This document shows, piece by piece, positions 1-13,245 of a stretch of DNA of 64,000 nucleotides; positions within the stretch are counted from its first letter, which is position 1; each line of letters starts with the position of its first letter. The translations under genes were made by a program, and so were the position numbers. The notes beneath the pieces were generated by a model. That model was not told the DNA's origin. It saw nothing but the letters and a program-made list of their open reading frames with translations, and made no database searches. Source of the stretch: Zygnema circumcarinatum SAG 698-1b (Eukaryota > Plantae > Zygnematophyceae); contig CM074806.1 in the NCBI GenBank assembly GCA_037447605.1, positions 806,001 to 870,000 on the forward strand, in the 5' to 3' direction.

Positions 1-3000
1 CAGTTGTGCCTGTATTCCTATCGAGTTTGCTTGCTTGGTCCTGCATGTGCGAGAATCAGAAACTGTACCAATAAGAGAACATCTCATCTTCCCTGTTTAT
101 CCAGATTTGAGGGTTATGGCAAAGTGTTCAGACGTTCGAATGCCGGAAGCAATTAATCAGATAAAGCGAATGAGATGAACTGAAATAATCGCAAAAGGAA
201 AACTCACAGGTGTAGGCCCGCTCATGATCATCTGCAGCTCTGTCTTGATGCTATCTCGAATGCTCAGATAGAGACTGCCCATTAATATTCTTAGTTGGAG
301 CTTGAACATCATGGCAGACACACGCTCTTCAGGTTCGTCTTGTTTGTTGAAGAAGGAGAAGCCATGGCCAGCCTTCGGCTTGGGTCTGTAGGTCTGCGCG
401 AGCTGATATAGTACAACAGTGTTGCAGAGCCAGTATGCATGTACCGATGTGTTTCCATGACGATATGCTGACTGAAAGGTTTCTATCACTTGGTCGAACA
501 GGTTTGTTCGGTCCGCTTCAAAAGCATCCCAGTACATGAGCGATTTGTAGAGGATGGAAGCAGCAACAGGGTGCCCGCTCGGGCTGAAACCCATGTTCTT
601 ATCTTTACCGATCTCTTCGAGCAGGACAGCCTAAAGAATGCACAGACGCAAAAAAGCAAGGTAGTTAACAACACTAGCAACCCTAAAACCCAAAACCCAA
701 GTGGCAAGTTCAATATCACAGTTAGTCACATCTCTCCTTGGAAAATGGAGTTCAAAGCCGACGGTGGTATACTCACTGCAACCACATGGTTTGGGAGTTC
801 CGAGTGGTTTGGAGAAAGCTCTAGAACACGATTTCGAAGGACCTTCACCTCTCGTTCAAGACGCTCCTTTCTACAACCCCAACATTCCAGAAGAAGGAAC
901 CCACACCACATTTTGAAAAGTTGAATGATGAATGTTGTTTCTCCCTAAAACCTGCCCTATTCAGCAGAAACCTCTGGTATAAACGTAGATCCAATCAACA
1001 GCAGAGAAAACTTGCTCCTTTACGGAAATTTATACCTTTCATAAGCACCAATGCGACTGCACCTGACCAAAAGAGCCGCGAAGACTACTTACCCAGCCAG
1101 CTTTTCTTGCATTGAAGCGATCTTCCCCTCCAGGCTGTGAATTTCTGAATCTTTGTTCAATAGCTGCTCTTCCATTGCTATTTTCAAATACTTCATCTCC
1201 TCCAGCTCTTTCGTTGCTGTTTCAGCCTTCTGCTCTGCCGCCTCCTTCGTCACAAGCAACACTCGATATTCCCCCTTCAGCTTGTGCAGCTGCTCCACCT
1301 CCTTCTGCATTCCATTCAGCAGCTTCTCGAACGCTTGTGGATTGGCTGCGGGCTGCTGTTGGGCCTCTGCCGCAAGAGCCCTCTCTAATTTCCCTTCCTT
1401 AACAGCGGGAGAAACTTCTACAGGACTACTGCGAATCTGCATAGTAGACCATTTTCGTAGGACCTTCTTTGCAGAAGCCACACTGCTAAGTGACAGCCGA
1501 GACAATTCAGGAGCTTGATTCCCCCTTGAAGTAGCACCGGCCGGAAGAGGTAGAGGTGCAGACTCCAATATGGGTACGGTGAGTCTCGATTGGGGATTTG
1601 CAAAAGGTGGGGTCACAGATGGAGGTGGAGAGAAAGGGTCTTTGGGTTGTCGAGGAAGAGTTGATACTTCTGTTACTGGGGGAGGAGGAGAGCTGTCAGA
1701 CTGTGCAGGTGGAACTACCACTACTGGAGGAGAGGAGAGGATGTCAGACTTAGCAAGAGGTGTAGGTGTTTCCTCTGAGGATTTAAGTGGCCCAGGTTCT
1801 GCTGCAGGTGCCTGTCAAAAATGTGTTTAGGAAAAAAAAAAAATCGAACTCAGTTTAAGGCTGTGGCAAAAACTTAAGGGCAGCAGCTGGAGAGTGTCTC
1901 GCTCGTATTTTCAGGCAGACCAATATTCAAGTTCGAGAGGCCACTCCGAGATGCCCAGTTCGTATTCACTCGTCTCTTTAGAGTAAACAAAAGGAATTCA
2001 TTTTCAGCAATCCCAGCATCTCCAGCTCATCACATTACCAAGATATTGTACGAATCAATGAAGCCCACCGGATCAATTCGATGATCCGACCTCTCAGCGA
2101 GTGATTGCAGCATCAACAATGCATCCATCAACTCCACAACAAGCAGCGAGTATAAAAGTCAAAGTACAGCGCTAAAACCTTAGGAGAATGAAGAGTAGGA
2201 ATGAAGCAAGCTCACCTCCCCAAGGCCAAGAAGGGGCTCCGCAACAGCATCCTCCACAAACTGGGCAGCCTTTGCTGCCTGCTTGAGAGCATCATTCAGA
2301 GCTCCCTGTAGTCTAGTCACCTCCTCTTCTTTCCTTTCAACAACCGCCAGAAGCTCTTCAATCTTCTCCTGAGCAGCCACCAGCTGCTGCATCACTGTCT
2401 GCTTCGATTTCTCGGCTTTCTCCTGCAGAAACAAACGAAAACTCATCTCAGGATCCAAGCAAGCTATGTGCGCCTTGAAGTGATCACAAATCATTAAGGA
2501 TCAAGGAGTGTTCGGGTTTTCTAGGTCAGGATCAAAGTGTCTGTGCTTCATTAAACGGAAAAATAAGTGAGAAATTCCACTGGGGAGAGGGAGAGGGAGA
2601 GGGAGAGGGAGAGGGAGAGGGAGAGGGAGAGGGAGAGGGAGAGGGAGAGGGAGAGGGAGAGGGAGAGGGAGAGGGAGAGGGAGGAGGAGAGGGAGGAGGG
2701 AGAGGAGAGGGAGAGGAGAGGGAGAGGGAGAGGGAGAGGGAGAGGGAGAGGGAGAGGGAGAGGAGAGGGAGAGGGAGAGGGAGAGGGAGAGGGAGAGGGA
2801 GAGGAGAGGGAGAGGGAGAGGGAGAGGAGAGGAGAGGAGAGGGAGAGGGAGAGGAGAGTGGAGAGGAGAGGGAGAGGGAGAGGGAGAGGGAGAGGGAGAG
2901 GAGAGGGAGAGGGAGAGGAGAGGAGAGGGAGAGGAGAGGAGAGGGAGAGGGAGGAGGGAGAGGAGAGGGAGAGGGAGAGGGAGAGGGAGAGGGAGAGGGA

Positions 3001-6000
3001 GAGGGAGAGGAGAGGGAGAGAGGAGAGGAGAGGGAGGAGGAGAGGGAGGAGAGGGAGAGGGAGAGGAGAGGAGAGGGAGAGGGAGGAGGGAGAGGGAGAG
3101 GGAGAGGGAGAGGGAGAGGAGGAGAGGGAGAGGAGAGGGAGAGGAGAGGAGAGGAGAGGGAGAGGGAGGAGGGAGGAGGAGAGGGAGAGGAGAGGGAGAG
3201 GAGAGGAGGGAGAGGGAGAGGGAGAGGGAGAGGGAGAGGGAGAGGAGAGTGGAGAGGGGAGAGGGAGAGGGAGAGGGAGGGAGAGGGAGAGGGAGAGGGA
3301 GAGGAGAGGGAGAGGAGAGGGAGAGGGAGAGGGAGAGGGAGAGGGAGAGGGAGAGGAGGGAATGGGAGAGGGAGAGGGAATGGGAGAGGGAGAGGGAGAG
3401 GGAGAGGGAGAGGGAGAGGACGGACGTATGGAGACTAGTAGGAACAGCATTCTGGGACAATCGTATATAACACTTCAGGAACATTACGCTACTAGAAGAT
3501 CCCAGAACCAGCCCATCATCCCAATGTGCTTATGCGAATGCGGGCTCGGCTCTTCTCAAAGACAATGCAACCAAGAGATAGAGGGAAAGTGTGAGTAGTG
3601 CTCTCTCACCCTCAACAGCTGCGCAACCATGAAGCGCATGGAGCCCGCCAGCACTTGGGATTGCGCGTGGCTCGCCTTCCTTTGCGCATCGTCCGCTTGG
3701 CTTCGCAGATCGTTCCTTTGGACCACCATCTGGGAGAGCCCATCCGCCTCAATGCCAATAAAGCGGTTTTTTTCGCATCACATGCTTAGATTTTGGACAT
3801 GTCTACTATGCTTAGACGAAAAGTTGAGAATGGACAGCCCACAGTCCTCAAGCTGTAGAACTCTACAGACAGAAGGAAAAAATATTGCAGGGGCTTTTTT
3901 GGGAAGCCTGAAACAGCAAGCATAAAATAGAGTTTTTTTTACCTGTATGCCAAAAGGAAGATTTCAGGGGGCAAAAGAAACCCCACCTTTATCGTCTTTG
4001 CTAGCCTTTTTCGAGCAAGCCACCCTCGCAAGAATCGTCTTAGCTGCTTGAGAGGTTTTCTCACACGACGGCCCCGCCAGTAGCTCTGCTCCTCACATAC
4101 AAAATCACGAGAGAGCACACAATAGATTGAGCTAAGCACACCACACCGTCCAGGCAAGTACACACCACAAGGAAGGACAGCAAGACAAGGTCTGGATGCT
4201 CCTGCTCTAAACCATAGTACAAAGGGACAGATCAGTTACTATCAATTAAAGCCTGATGCCTCCGCATGAAATTATAAAAAAAAACATGATTTTTTTTAGT
4301 AACCGCAGCTTCAGATGAGAGCAAGATCTGAAAATACAATTACAGAAAAGATAAATAAAGGGTAAGCAATCCGCATTTGATGGTTAAAATCTCTCAATTG
4401 TACAGATTCTTTTCACGGCCACCTTGATTTACCTTCTAATTATGTACTGTCCAAATATTTTCACGCGTGCCTGTCACTCTCACCTGTATCTTTGTTGCAG
4501 CTCTATCCAATCGCATCGCTCGATACCTCCTCCTTGCCAAGTTCATCCGTACGAGCGATTGGCAATAGGTAGTCGCAAGCTTTAGTCGCAAGTAAGAGTT
4601 GCGAGCTCGTCGCCTCCTCTCATACTTTTGAATCACAACAACCGCCCATATCCTCCTCAAGTTGAGGATCATGCGGCGAGCCCAGAATGCTGCAACAATG
4701 GCTCTCCAAACAAAAATCTCAACAAATGAAAAATATCCAGACGCATATATTGTCTGTAAAATGGCATGAAAAGAAGTGGGGCGGTTATGCACACTGCATA
4801 ACGGATAGGATTACTCTTTTTCTTTTCCAATCAAAGAATTCTTGGACATTCCTTTCAGGGATCCCAAGGCGAACATCCTTTTCTCTAAAGCAGCAGTAGG
4901 TTTCCTCTGGAAACATATCCAGAGCGCAGATACAAAAAATCACCGCCTGTTATCTAGGGAGTCCCTCCCAGCATCCATACTGACCTCGCACGTTTGTTTG
5001 CAAAACAAAAGCCGCCTGATACCGTTGATGCCGAAAGTGATAGAGCCGGAAGCTGCGCTGAATGCATTGCGCAGCCGAGTTCATCTTCTCATGCCGGAGA
5101 GTCTCCAATACGACCATTTGACCAGCTCGGAGAAAGACCTTAGTCAACCCAACCTGCACAGAGACCACCAAAGACCAATGGAGCTTATCATGGGTGAGAA
5201 GGAACAGGAAGGGAAAGGGGCATTAACAATATGTGAAGGACTAGCAGGAGGTGGAAAATAGCACTGGATATGGGACATATGCTGGATTGGCAAAAATCAA
5301 GAGGCTACAGAAGGAATCGAGTGAGTTGTTTCAAGTTCGGAAAAGAGACCACCTAAACAGGTTTATACGCATCCTCGACAATTTCCTTTCTCAAATGTTG
5401 TCATATATTTCCTTTTGTACGCCGACATACGCAGATAAGTAGTGCTTGTGTACATGCAGCAGCAGGCTCTTCTTCCAAAGCGGGAGAAGGGGACTAATCT
5501 ATCAACTGACCTGATAATTTTCCATTTTTATCTTCTCCAGCAAACGCAACGCATTCTCTCTTTCACCCAAACTGCACATCCAGGAGGAAACCACTGAGCT
5601 TCAGCAGCGTCCAAAGGTGCACTCCCCTGAGCTTGAGGTGGCAGAGTTAACTGTGTCCAAGGGAGAGAAAGCATAACCTCTTTGGATGGATAATTCTCAA
5701 CAATTCTCTCTCTCTCTCTCGGTGTCCCTCTCTCCCTCACTCTGTTCTCACTTCCTACACATTGCCGAGGGACTTAATCACCTCTCATCGATGTCATCAA
5801 GTGCAAGGAGGCCAAAACGATCCAGAAAAACTTCAAAGGTTGGTCGAGTGGGATATCCTGCGGAGCACATTCTCACGGCTTCCAAAACACCCTACAGACA
5901 ATGCCACCGATAGAAACGATGTCATATGAACGTACGGGCTGTAAGCTAGTTCTGAAGTTCCTCCCCACAATGCATAGAAATGCATAGAAAGAAGAAAACA

Positions 6001-9000
6001 GAAGAAAGAAAATAACAGGAAGGAGTAAGGGCAAAATGCTCACCCCTGACCTCAGTTGTGTTGTCACGAGCTGCTTTTCAAAGTTTCTTGGCTTCAGTTT
6101 AGAGTTGGGTTTCACACATCGAATGTAGTGGGGCTTGGTTTGACTCAGCTGATGCATTAACTCCCCCAATTCACCCTGCAAATTTTGAAACAGCAACGTA
6201 AGCCAGGTCATTTAGTTAGGTCACATGACTAAATGAATTTTATCTCCCTGCTCGTCAAACAACCAAGCAAAGGGCTCGCTACAAAAGGTGGCACAGGGGT
6301 GCAATGGAAACATGATTTTTGGGCCACAAAAAGGAGTTTAGCAATCCCCACATAAAGCCCAGGCAAAGCAAGATGGAGGAAAGGGACAAAGGAGAGGTAA
6401 AGTTAATGAAACGCAAGCGAACCTTGAAAGAGTTTCCCAGGGAAAAGAATTTGTTTTGTTTGGCGGCTAATTTCTCCTCTGGAAACAGAGCCGAAATGAA
6501 TGGATTCTTGGAGTGCGAGAGGAGGAGGTGATGTTCGGGCACCACTGCATCGATGTTTTTAGTGAGAAACTCGTCTGTTGAATAGGTTACCTGAATAGGT
6601 ACATTTACAGCAGCGAATTGAGGAGTGGTACAAGCAGACGATAAGCAATGGGATAGAGTGGTACAAGACATTAGCAGGAAGAATAAAATAGAATAAGGGA
6701 AGTGTAGACACGTTTAAGAAACTACTGTTGCTTGCAGCTAAGAAATTTCCACTCTGTCCTTCACCCAAACATGGCAGCATTTGAAAAAGCATTGTACTCA
6801 TAAAAGCTCTCCTTTGGAACCCCTTTCTCTCACCCTCCGTCGCTAAAGACTCGCGTGATGGCTAAACCTACGAATGTTGAGCATGAGCACCGACCTTCCC
6901 CGCATAGTGCTCCAAAGTGAAATTGGTCCTAGAAAACTTGGTGGTCGAGAAGCGCATGTTAGACCCGAATTTGTTATTTAGGCTCCGAGCATATCCTTCT
7001 GCAGTTGAGGTTTGCAGCTTGCTGTGAGAGGGAAAACCACAATAGGAGGGTCCAGTTAATCAATGGGGGGCCTTTCTGAAAGTTACTAAGTTGAGAATGT
7101 TTGAGCTCAAATAAGTGCTCTTGGAGCAAGAGCAAGGACAGATGTGGAGAGGGCGGAAATAGAATACCATGCAGAATCCAGTATTGACAAAATGCCTTGT
7201 TCCTGCACCAAAATATCGGTATTCAGAATTAGCTGATTGAAGAGTACTTCCGCTTCTGGCCATTGTTAAAACTATCTCTTTCCAAAGGATCCATTCAAGC
7301 TTAGCCCGAAAAACTGTAAAGTCTCACATTTACAATATACAAAGGACTGACCTTTTCAATGAGATCTAGTATGTCCTGATTGTCAGCAAAGGGAATTCGG
7401 CTCCAGTTAATCTCCTCCCTCTCGTACTCCTCCTGCTCCATTTTCAGAACATGCTGCAGAACCAAGCAACCAAAAGTGTTCAAGTAATCCACAACATTTC
7501 ATTGGAGTTCACATTGTAGAGCCTTCCAAAAAAGTATTCAGAATTCCAGTTCAGAACGCAGGCTGTTGGGTGGGATGACGCACCTGATTGAAGTGCTGCT
7601 GCAGCTTTTCATTGGCCAGGTTGATGCAGAACTGCTCAAAGCTGCATAGAAACGGAACCTGTTAGATCGAAGGATGATTGGATCAAGAATGCGAGGTGAG
7701 TGATTGAAGGCACGGTGATCAGAACACTAAGGTTACTGTTGATTAACCAAAAAAAAAAAAGAAATGGACCGGAAAAGTGACCCTTGCAGCATGGAACAGC
7801 AAGATTATTTCCCTAATACAGTACAAAAAGTCTATTTTCTTCAGTTCCCCTGGTTATGAACCTTGCAGGTGGTGAGATGAGTTCAAGAAAACGAGTCTCC
7901 ACCTGTTCACTTGAAAATGTTCAAAGCCGTATATGTCCAGCACTCCGATGGAGACTTGTGCTGATTCGTCCACTCCTATGGAAGCATTCACTTTGGCAAC
8001 AATCCTGACAGATTCCCCATATGACTAATTTCACCACTGTCAATTGTTGCAGGGAGGTGTGTACAATGTTGCCTAGCTGGATCTTTATGTTGTTTAAGGT
8101 TTAAAGTTTGCGGTTTAGAGTTTAGGGTTTAAGCATTACGGTTTAGGGTTCAAGGTTTAAGGCTTACGGTTTAGAGTACAGGGTTTAGCAGAGAATGAAA
8201 TCCTTTCATTGTGAACTGTGAAAGTTTCACACAACAACTAAAGCTGATCAAAGATGCTCTAGCAAAGGCAAAATAGGACTGACTGTTAGGACCAACCCAC
8301 CAGTCAAACAGAGTGGAATAAAGATTCTTCGCGAGAGAGTCCCTCCTCGCGGCCGCCACTTTGGCATTGACCGGACTCCGCAGAGGGACCTTTTCTCCCG
8401 CGACTTTGCGAGTGATGGTGCGGAGGGACTCCTCCAGAGACTCTCTGTCACAGCTGTGAACCGAAAAAAGAAAAAAAAAAAAAATCAAACCACCCTTGTC
8501 ATTTTATTCATCAGGAAGTTCTCGCACGAACCGACCTTCAGGGTGAGAACGACGAGTTTCTTATCTAAAACGCAAACGACGTGAGAACTACGTCAGCTAC
8601 TTCTGCCAACAGTAGTGCAGAAATAGGTGTTGTAAGGCCAAACGCTCAAAGGAACAAACCTCAGTAATTCCGCTGCACAATCAAGATGTTTCGGAGAATC
8701 TTCCCCCTTCACCAGCAGCGGCTCGCCGTCACCCACTTCTTCAAACTCCACATTCCCGAGATGTAAAATAGCGGCCAGAATTCGAAATACAGATTTCTGC
8801 ATAAAAAACAATAGCATCAGCTTGACAGTCAAATCATTGTTTCAAGAAAGAAGACTCAATTTTAACGCAACCAGCAAGAGCATCTGCTCTCTCTCAGCTT
8901 TCTGCTATAGCTGTTACTTCCAGACTAGAAGAGAAGAACCACGACATAACCATGCTATTGGCATTAAAAAGGATTACGGATGAGCATTCGTCAAACATCG

Positions 9001-11777
9001 GGGGGGCACCTGCTCTTCTGAATCGAATCCCAAAGCCTCCATTGCTCGCTTTGTTTCAGCATAACCTTCAGCATTGGACTCTCCCGCTATGGCAAAACAC
9101 TTGCTTTGATTGAGGTAGTGAAACAACTGGGCTCGCTTCGGTGAACGGGGTAATTTGTACATTTCCACTTCCTGAGAAACCGTCACAGAAAAGACAAAGG
9201 AGTTACGAATCGACGACCAACAGCAATGGACAACGACCAATTTCTGAAGGAAGGAGGAGGAGAACCGAATGGATAAAGTGAGGTGAGGGACTACCTCTGC
9301 CGAGGCTCCATCGCAGAGTTGATAAAAGCAGTGGTAGTTTCTTTCAGGATCACTGATTTGCACAACGCGGGAACGCTCCAAAAGATAGGATTTGATTGCC
9401 GCTCCCGAAACACGCCCCATTTCATCAAACTGTATTTCAATAAACTTGCCAAACCGGCTGCAGCCAACGAGGAAGAAACAGTACAAACGAGGCATGGGAG
9501 GAGGCTTTTGATTTGAAAGAAAAAGTCAGCACCACTTCTTCATACATCGTATTAGTCACTTCATCTGTAGTAAGAAACGAAGATGTTAAAATAAAATAAA
9601 TGAACCCTAAAAATACTATTTGGTACAAGTCCTCTTTCTGTCTTTATATCATGTATCCACAAGCTCGTTTGTTTTCAAAGAATGGGATGGCATTCGGATA
9701 ATAGTCCCAAGTTATAAAATGAGATGATTCCTGGATTTTTCGATTTTAACAAACGATTCCACTAGATCAAGTGGGCTAGAATGTAAACAGTGCTTGTCAG
9801 AGCATGCGCATTCACTGTATTGCAACAAATGTACAAAAACGTAAAGCCTTTGAAGAGACATTCTGTTATATAAACTCTAGAGGAAAAACAACAACTCAAA
9901 TGCACAAGAAACTGAATGAGCAGCTTGAAAGTCATCCATAAACATCGCCAAAGCCTAAAAAAAGCCTTCAGAAGCCTTTCTAAGCTAATCTTTCTTTCTA
10001 ATTTTTCACAATCAAAACTCGATTATTTGCATACGATTCAAATTTTGTGACACATCAGAACGAGGCAGTGCAGGCCCTCATCTGCATACCAGATAGCAGT
10101 TAAACATGAAGTGGAGCTTACCTAGAATTATTGTTACGCACAGTTTTGGCATTGCCAAAAGCTTCCAAAATGGGATTTGACTGTGGATTACACCAGCCCA
10201 GAAATTGCTAAAATCAGGGCGGCTCAGACTTTTGTCAACGTTCCAAATCAACATAAGGAATTAGCGAAGCAGAAGTGTTTCTGGGCTCATTTGTGGAACT
10301 GCCAATCAAATTGCTCCATTCACCAAAACTGGACTGTCGATAGGTTTACAAAGTCGGGCTGGAGCATGCGTGCGAATATATAACCAAAAATCTATCTATG
10401 AAATGAGATTTGGCCATTCAAAACTACTCACCTCCAGCACTAGTGTTTCTACATTGAGTGATTCTGCAGAAGATCTGCCCCCCACTCCTGCAAGATACTC
10501 CATGACAAGCTTCGTTGTTTCAGTTTTACCGGCTCCGGACTCCCCGCTAATGAGAATCGATTGGCTAGTTTGCTCTTGACGCATAGTCCTGAAAAAAACA
10601 CAACGCAATGCAGGGACTTCAGGCTACTTCATCCTCGAGTCTGTACAGGAGAACATCAGTGAAATCAAAAGCAGAAAGATTAGCGGATTGAAATAGAGAG
10701 CATGCACATACGAACTGGAACAGAATTCCGTAACTTGGATTCAATCTTGGGCCTATAGTGGGTGGAATTCTAGGAGTATTTCTTGCTACCTGTCCAAGTA
10801 AGCTTTTAAGGACTACGATAGGTTGAATAGACACACCTGTAGGCCTCATCTGCAACAGCAAAAACATGTGGCGCCAACTCTCCTAATCGAACACCTTGGT
10901 ACTGTGCTTTCATAGAGGGCCCATAGAGTCCAGGAATTTTTGAAAAGGGGTTCACAGCAATGAGAATGCTCCCCGTGTATGTCTGATTACAAATTCACGA
11001 GTAAAACAAGGATGCGACACCGTGCATTAGCACAAACTTGTCCTCCCCCTAGCAATCAAGCCAGATTACTGACTTGGACTCTTGGCATTCCATGAGAGCA
11101 GACCCTAGCAGGCAAAATCGCCAAGACTGCAGAGAACTGCTTAACATAGGGTGAATCACAACAAAAGTCGTTGCGAATGTTCGCCAGGTCTAACAGGAGG
11201 AATGCATCCTGCATCCTGCAATTTTAGCTGCTGACCTGTGCTCTTGCCACACTTAGAACAGTTTCACAAGTGGTCCTTTTGACAAGTTGAAGGCGGGAAG
11301 GAAACTCACATATATCTGATTCAGCATATAGCGTTGGTACAGATTATGGAGGACGCCCGGCTCATGCAGATAGGCGAGCTTTGTCATATCGTCCACTCCT
11401 CGTTTTAAATCCTCTTTCGCAAAGCATTCTGTAGCAGGTACAGTTACCTGCCCCATGCGCGCCTGCCACGAGTCATTGCCCTCCCTTGTATGTCCAAAAA
11501 ATTAACACCACCATCATAGCTATTGTCTGAACAACCGTTGCGCTTCGGGTTAGTTAAAACGAGAAATATAATTTAGCCTCTCTGATAGTCACAGCTGGTC
11601 TGGGCTGTAGCTGACCAAGTCCCTACTCACCAGAGTACCCGTCGCATCCAATCCCACTCTGACCACAATGTTGTCGCCATTTTGCTGGACAACTTTGCCC
11701 TCAACCCATGCCTCTTTTACGTCTTTTATCCAAACAGCTGAGTGAATGGCAAAGCGTTGTCCCTTCGTCTCCTGCAT
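1..11777 (-). CDS. Myosin XI heavy chain, multi-exon, 3' end continues beyond window start
   Basis: Exons give the SH3-like N-terminus (VWIKD..AWVEGKV, 11631-11777), [19 protein letters not shown]-loop GESGAGKT (~10525), switch I NNNSS/RFGKF (10121-10180, ~9450), switch II DIYGFE (~7930), [28 protein letters not shown], six IQ-like motifs (3990-5090), coiled coils and the class XI tail [27 protein letters not shown] (~490-570). Start ATG 11777 is tentative because ATGCAG may be an acceptor. Confidence 0.95.
2582..3420. repeat. Degenerate (GAGAGG)n/(GAGAG)n purine microsatellite inside a myosin intron
   Basis: ~840 bp almost entirely G/A on the + strand, with only a few T. It lies between myosin exons ~2216-2423 and ~3610-3730 and explains the spurious SL/PS/ER ORFs. 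Confidence 0.97.
8092..8189 (+). repeat. Degenerate interstitial telomere-like array, 14 x 7 bp (consensus GTTTAGG, a permutation of TTTAGGG)
   Basis: Units in perfect 7-bp phase: gtttaag gtttaaa gtttgcg gtttaga gtttagg gtttaag cattacg gtttagg gttcaag gtttaag gcttacg gtttaga gtacagg gtttagc. Located in a myosin intron. Confidence 0.8.
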
Positions 11778-12899
11778 TCCACGGAGATAGCAACCACGGT
11801 TAATTCGGCTAGAATATAGGAAGAGCCTGGTGTTCGAGGACATCGCAGAGCGTTGAAAATTATTAGAGCATGCTTGAGAAGCAGAAGACCGATTATTTAC
11901 CAAAAGATTTTCAGTTCTGTAAGACCAACACTTTCTATGGCCTGTTGACTTCGGTTCTGCTCCGCATTATCAAAAACAGATGGACGAGGCTTCTTGACAA
12001 ATACCAAATGCGAAAAGCTGTGCATAGATTCTAGAAGGATAGTTAATTTCAGGATATGCTCCAAATTTAGAACGACTGAGTCGTTATTCCTTTCTCCTGG
12101 TCTTCGTTTTTTCTTCTTTTTTTTTCTTCTTCTTCTTCGTCGCCATGTTCTCCTTCTTCTGCTTCCTTATTCAATTTATCCTATAAGGAATTTCGAAAGA
12201 TGATGATCCTTTATTGACGAGATTGAGCCATAAAATGTCAAAAGGTTAGATAAGATGTCTAAGCACAGAGACTCCAATCCAATCGAATAAATCATTGCAG
12301 TCTATCTCATAGATTTTTTCGGAAGGGCTGTGATCAAATAAATGCATTCGTTTTGTCGTTATGCTATCACATTACTGCATTGTTGTATGGAAACATGGTT
12401 TTGCTTGCCCTAGCATTTTTCATCCATACACTCTGTCTGCAGCACGAATGTCAGGGAGGGAACATGCTGCAACCTCCGACACCATGGCGCCTCCTCTCGC
12501 GGGTCCCCCGTGCTTCCCGAATCCCTGTTTCCAGAATTGTAGTCCTCTCCTGCTCAACGTCAGCGACACACCAAATCGTCTATCTCTCTGCCCGTGCTTC
12601 TCCTCCCATTCGTTCAGCACCAGCTGTCCCCTCGCCCCCTTGCCCCATCACGCCCTGCAAGCCATACATTCTGCCCTGCAGCAGTGCCCCCTTCTTTCAG
12701 GATCAGCCTCTCCAAGAAACAATATGTGCATTTCCTGTCACATGCATGCATGCATGCGCACGGGAGCAGGATGAAGCGCGCAGGAGCAGGCAGTGCAGCA
12801 GCAGCAGCAGCAGCAGGCAGGTTCCAAGTTTGTCGCGCTAAACCGAGTTTGTAATTTTACGAGTTTACGCGCCTTGCATTTGCCCGTAACGTACAGACC

Positions 12900-13245
12900 G
12901 TGGTGTGCATTTACGTCAGCATGTTTCTATGAATGACGTCATTTCTAGTCATCCTCCTGGCAGTTGGGGGCACCGACCTATGTGCCCGCCTGCGAGTCAA
13001 CGGCTCTCGCATGATCGCGATCACTTGGTCGACATTCCTCCAACTGGACGTCGCCACGTGTACAGCGTTTACACGTGGCGCTTCACCAGTGGCTGCAGAT
13101 GCTGACTGGACATTGGATGAGGGAGACGGCCAGCCCTTGCCCGTGGGTCTCTTCAAGTGGGCGAGGGAGGCGGCGGTTGAATTTCTGAGTGGAGGGGGAG
13201 CGAGAGGGAGAGGGATAGGGAGAGGGAGAGGGAGAGGGAGAAAAC
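12900..13245. promoter_or_regulatory. PDCD2-proximal promoter within the myosin XI / PDCD2 divergent region, with G-box/ABRE-like motifs and GA-rich leader
   Basis: TTACGTCA, TGACGTCA, GCCACGTGT and ACACGTGGC within 12910-13080, followed by GA repeats just before the PDCD2 ATG. Confidence 0.55.

Noticed and set aside
2501-3598. 300+ aa ORFs rich in SL/PS/ER (extensin- or SR-like)
   Set aside because: They are translations of the (GAGAGG)n microsatellite inside a myosin intron, which is stop-free in several frames by composition.
3731-3790. Non-canonical GAG acceptor in myosin
   Set aside because: An in-frame canonical ctcccag acceptor exists at ~3731, so no unusual site is needed.
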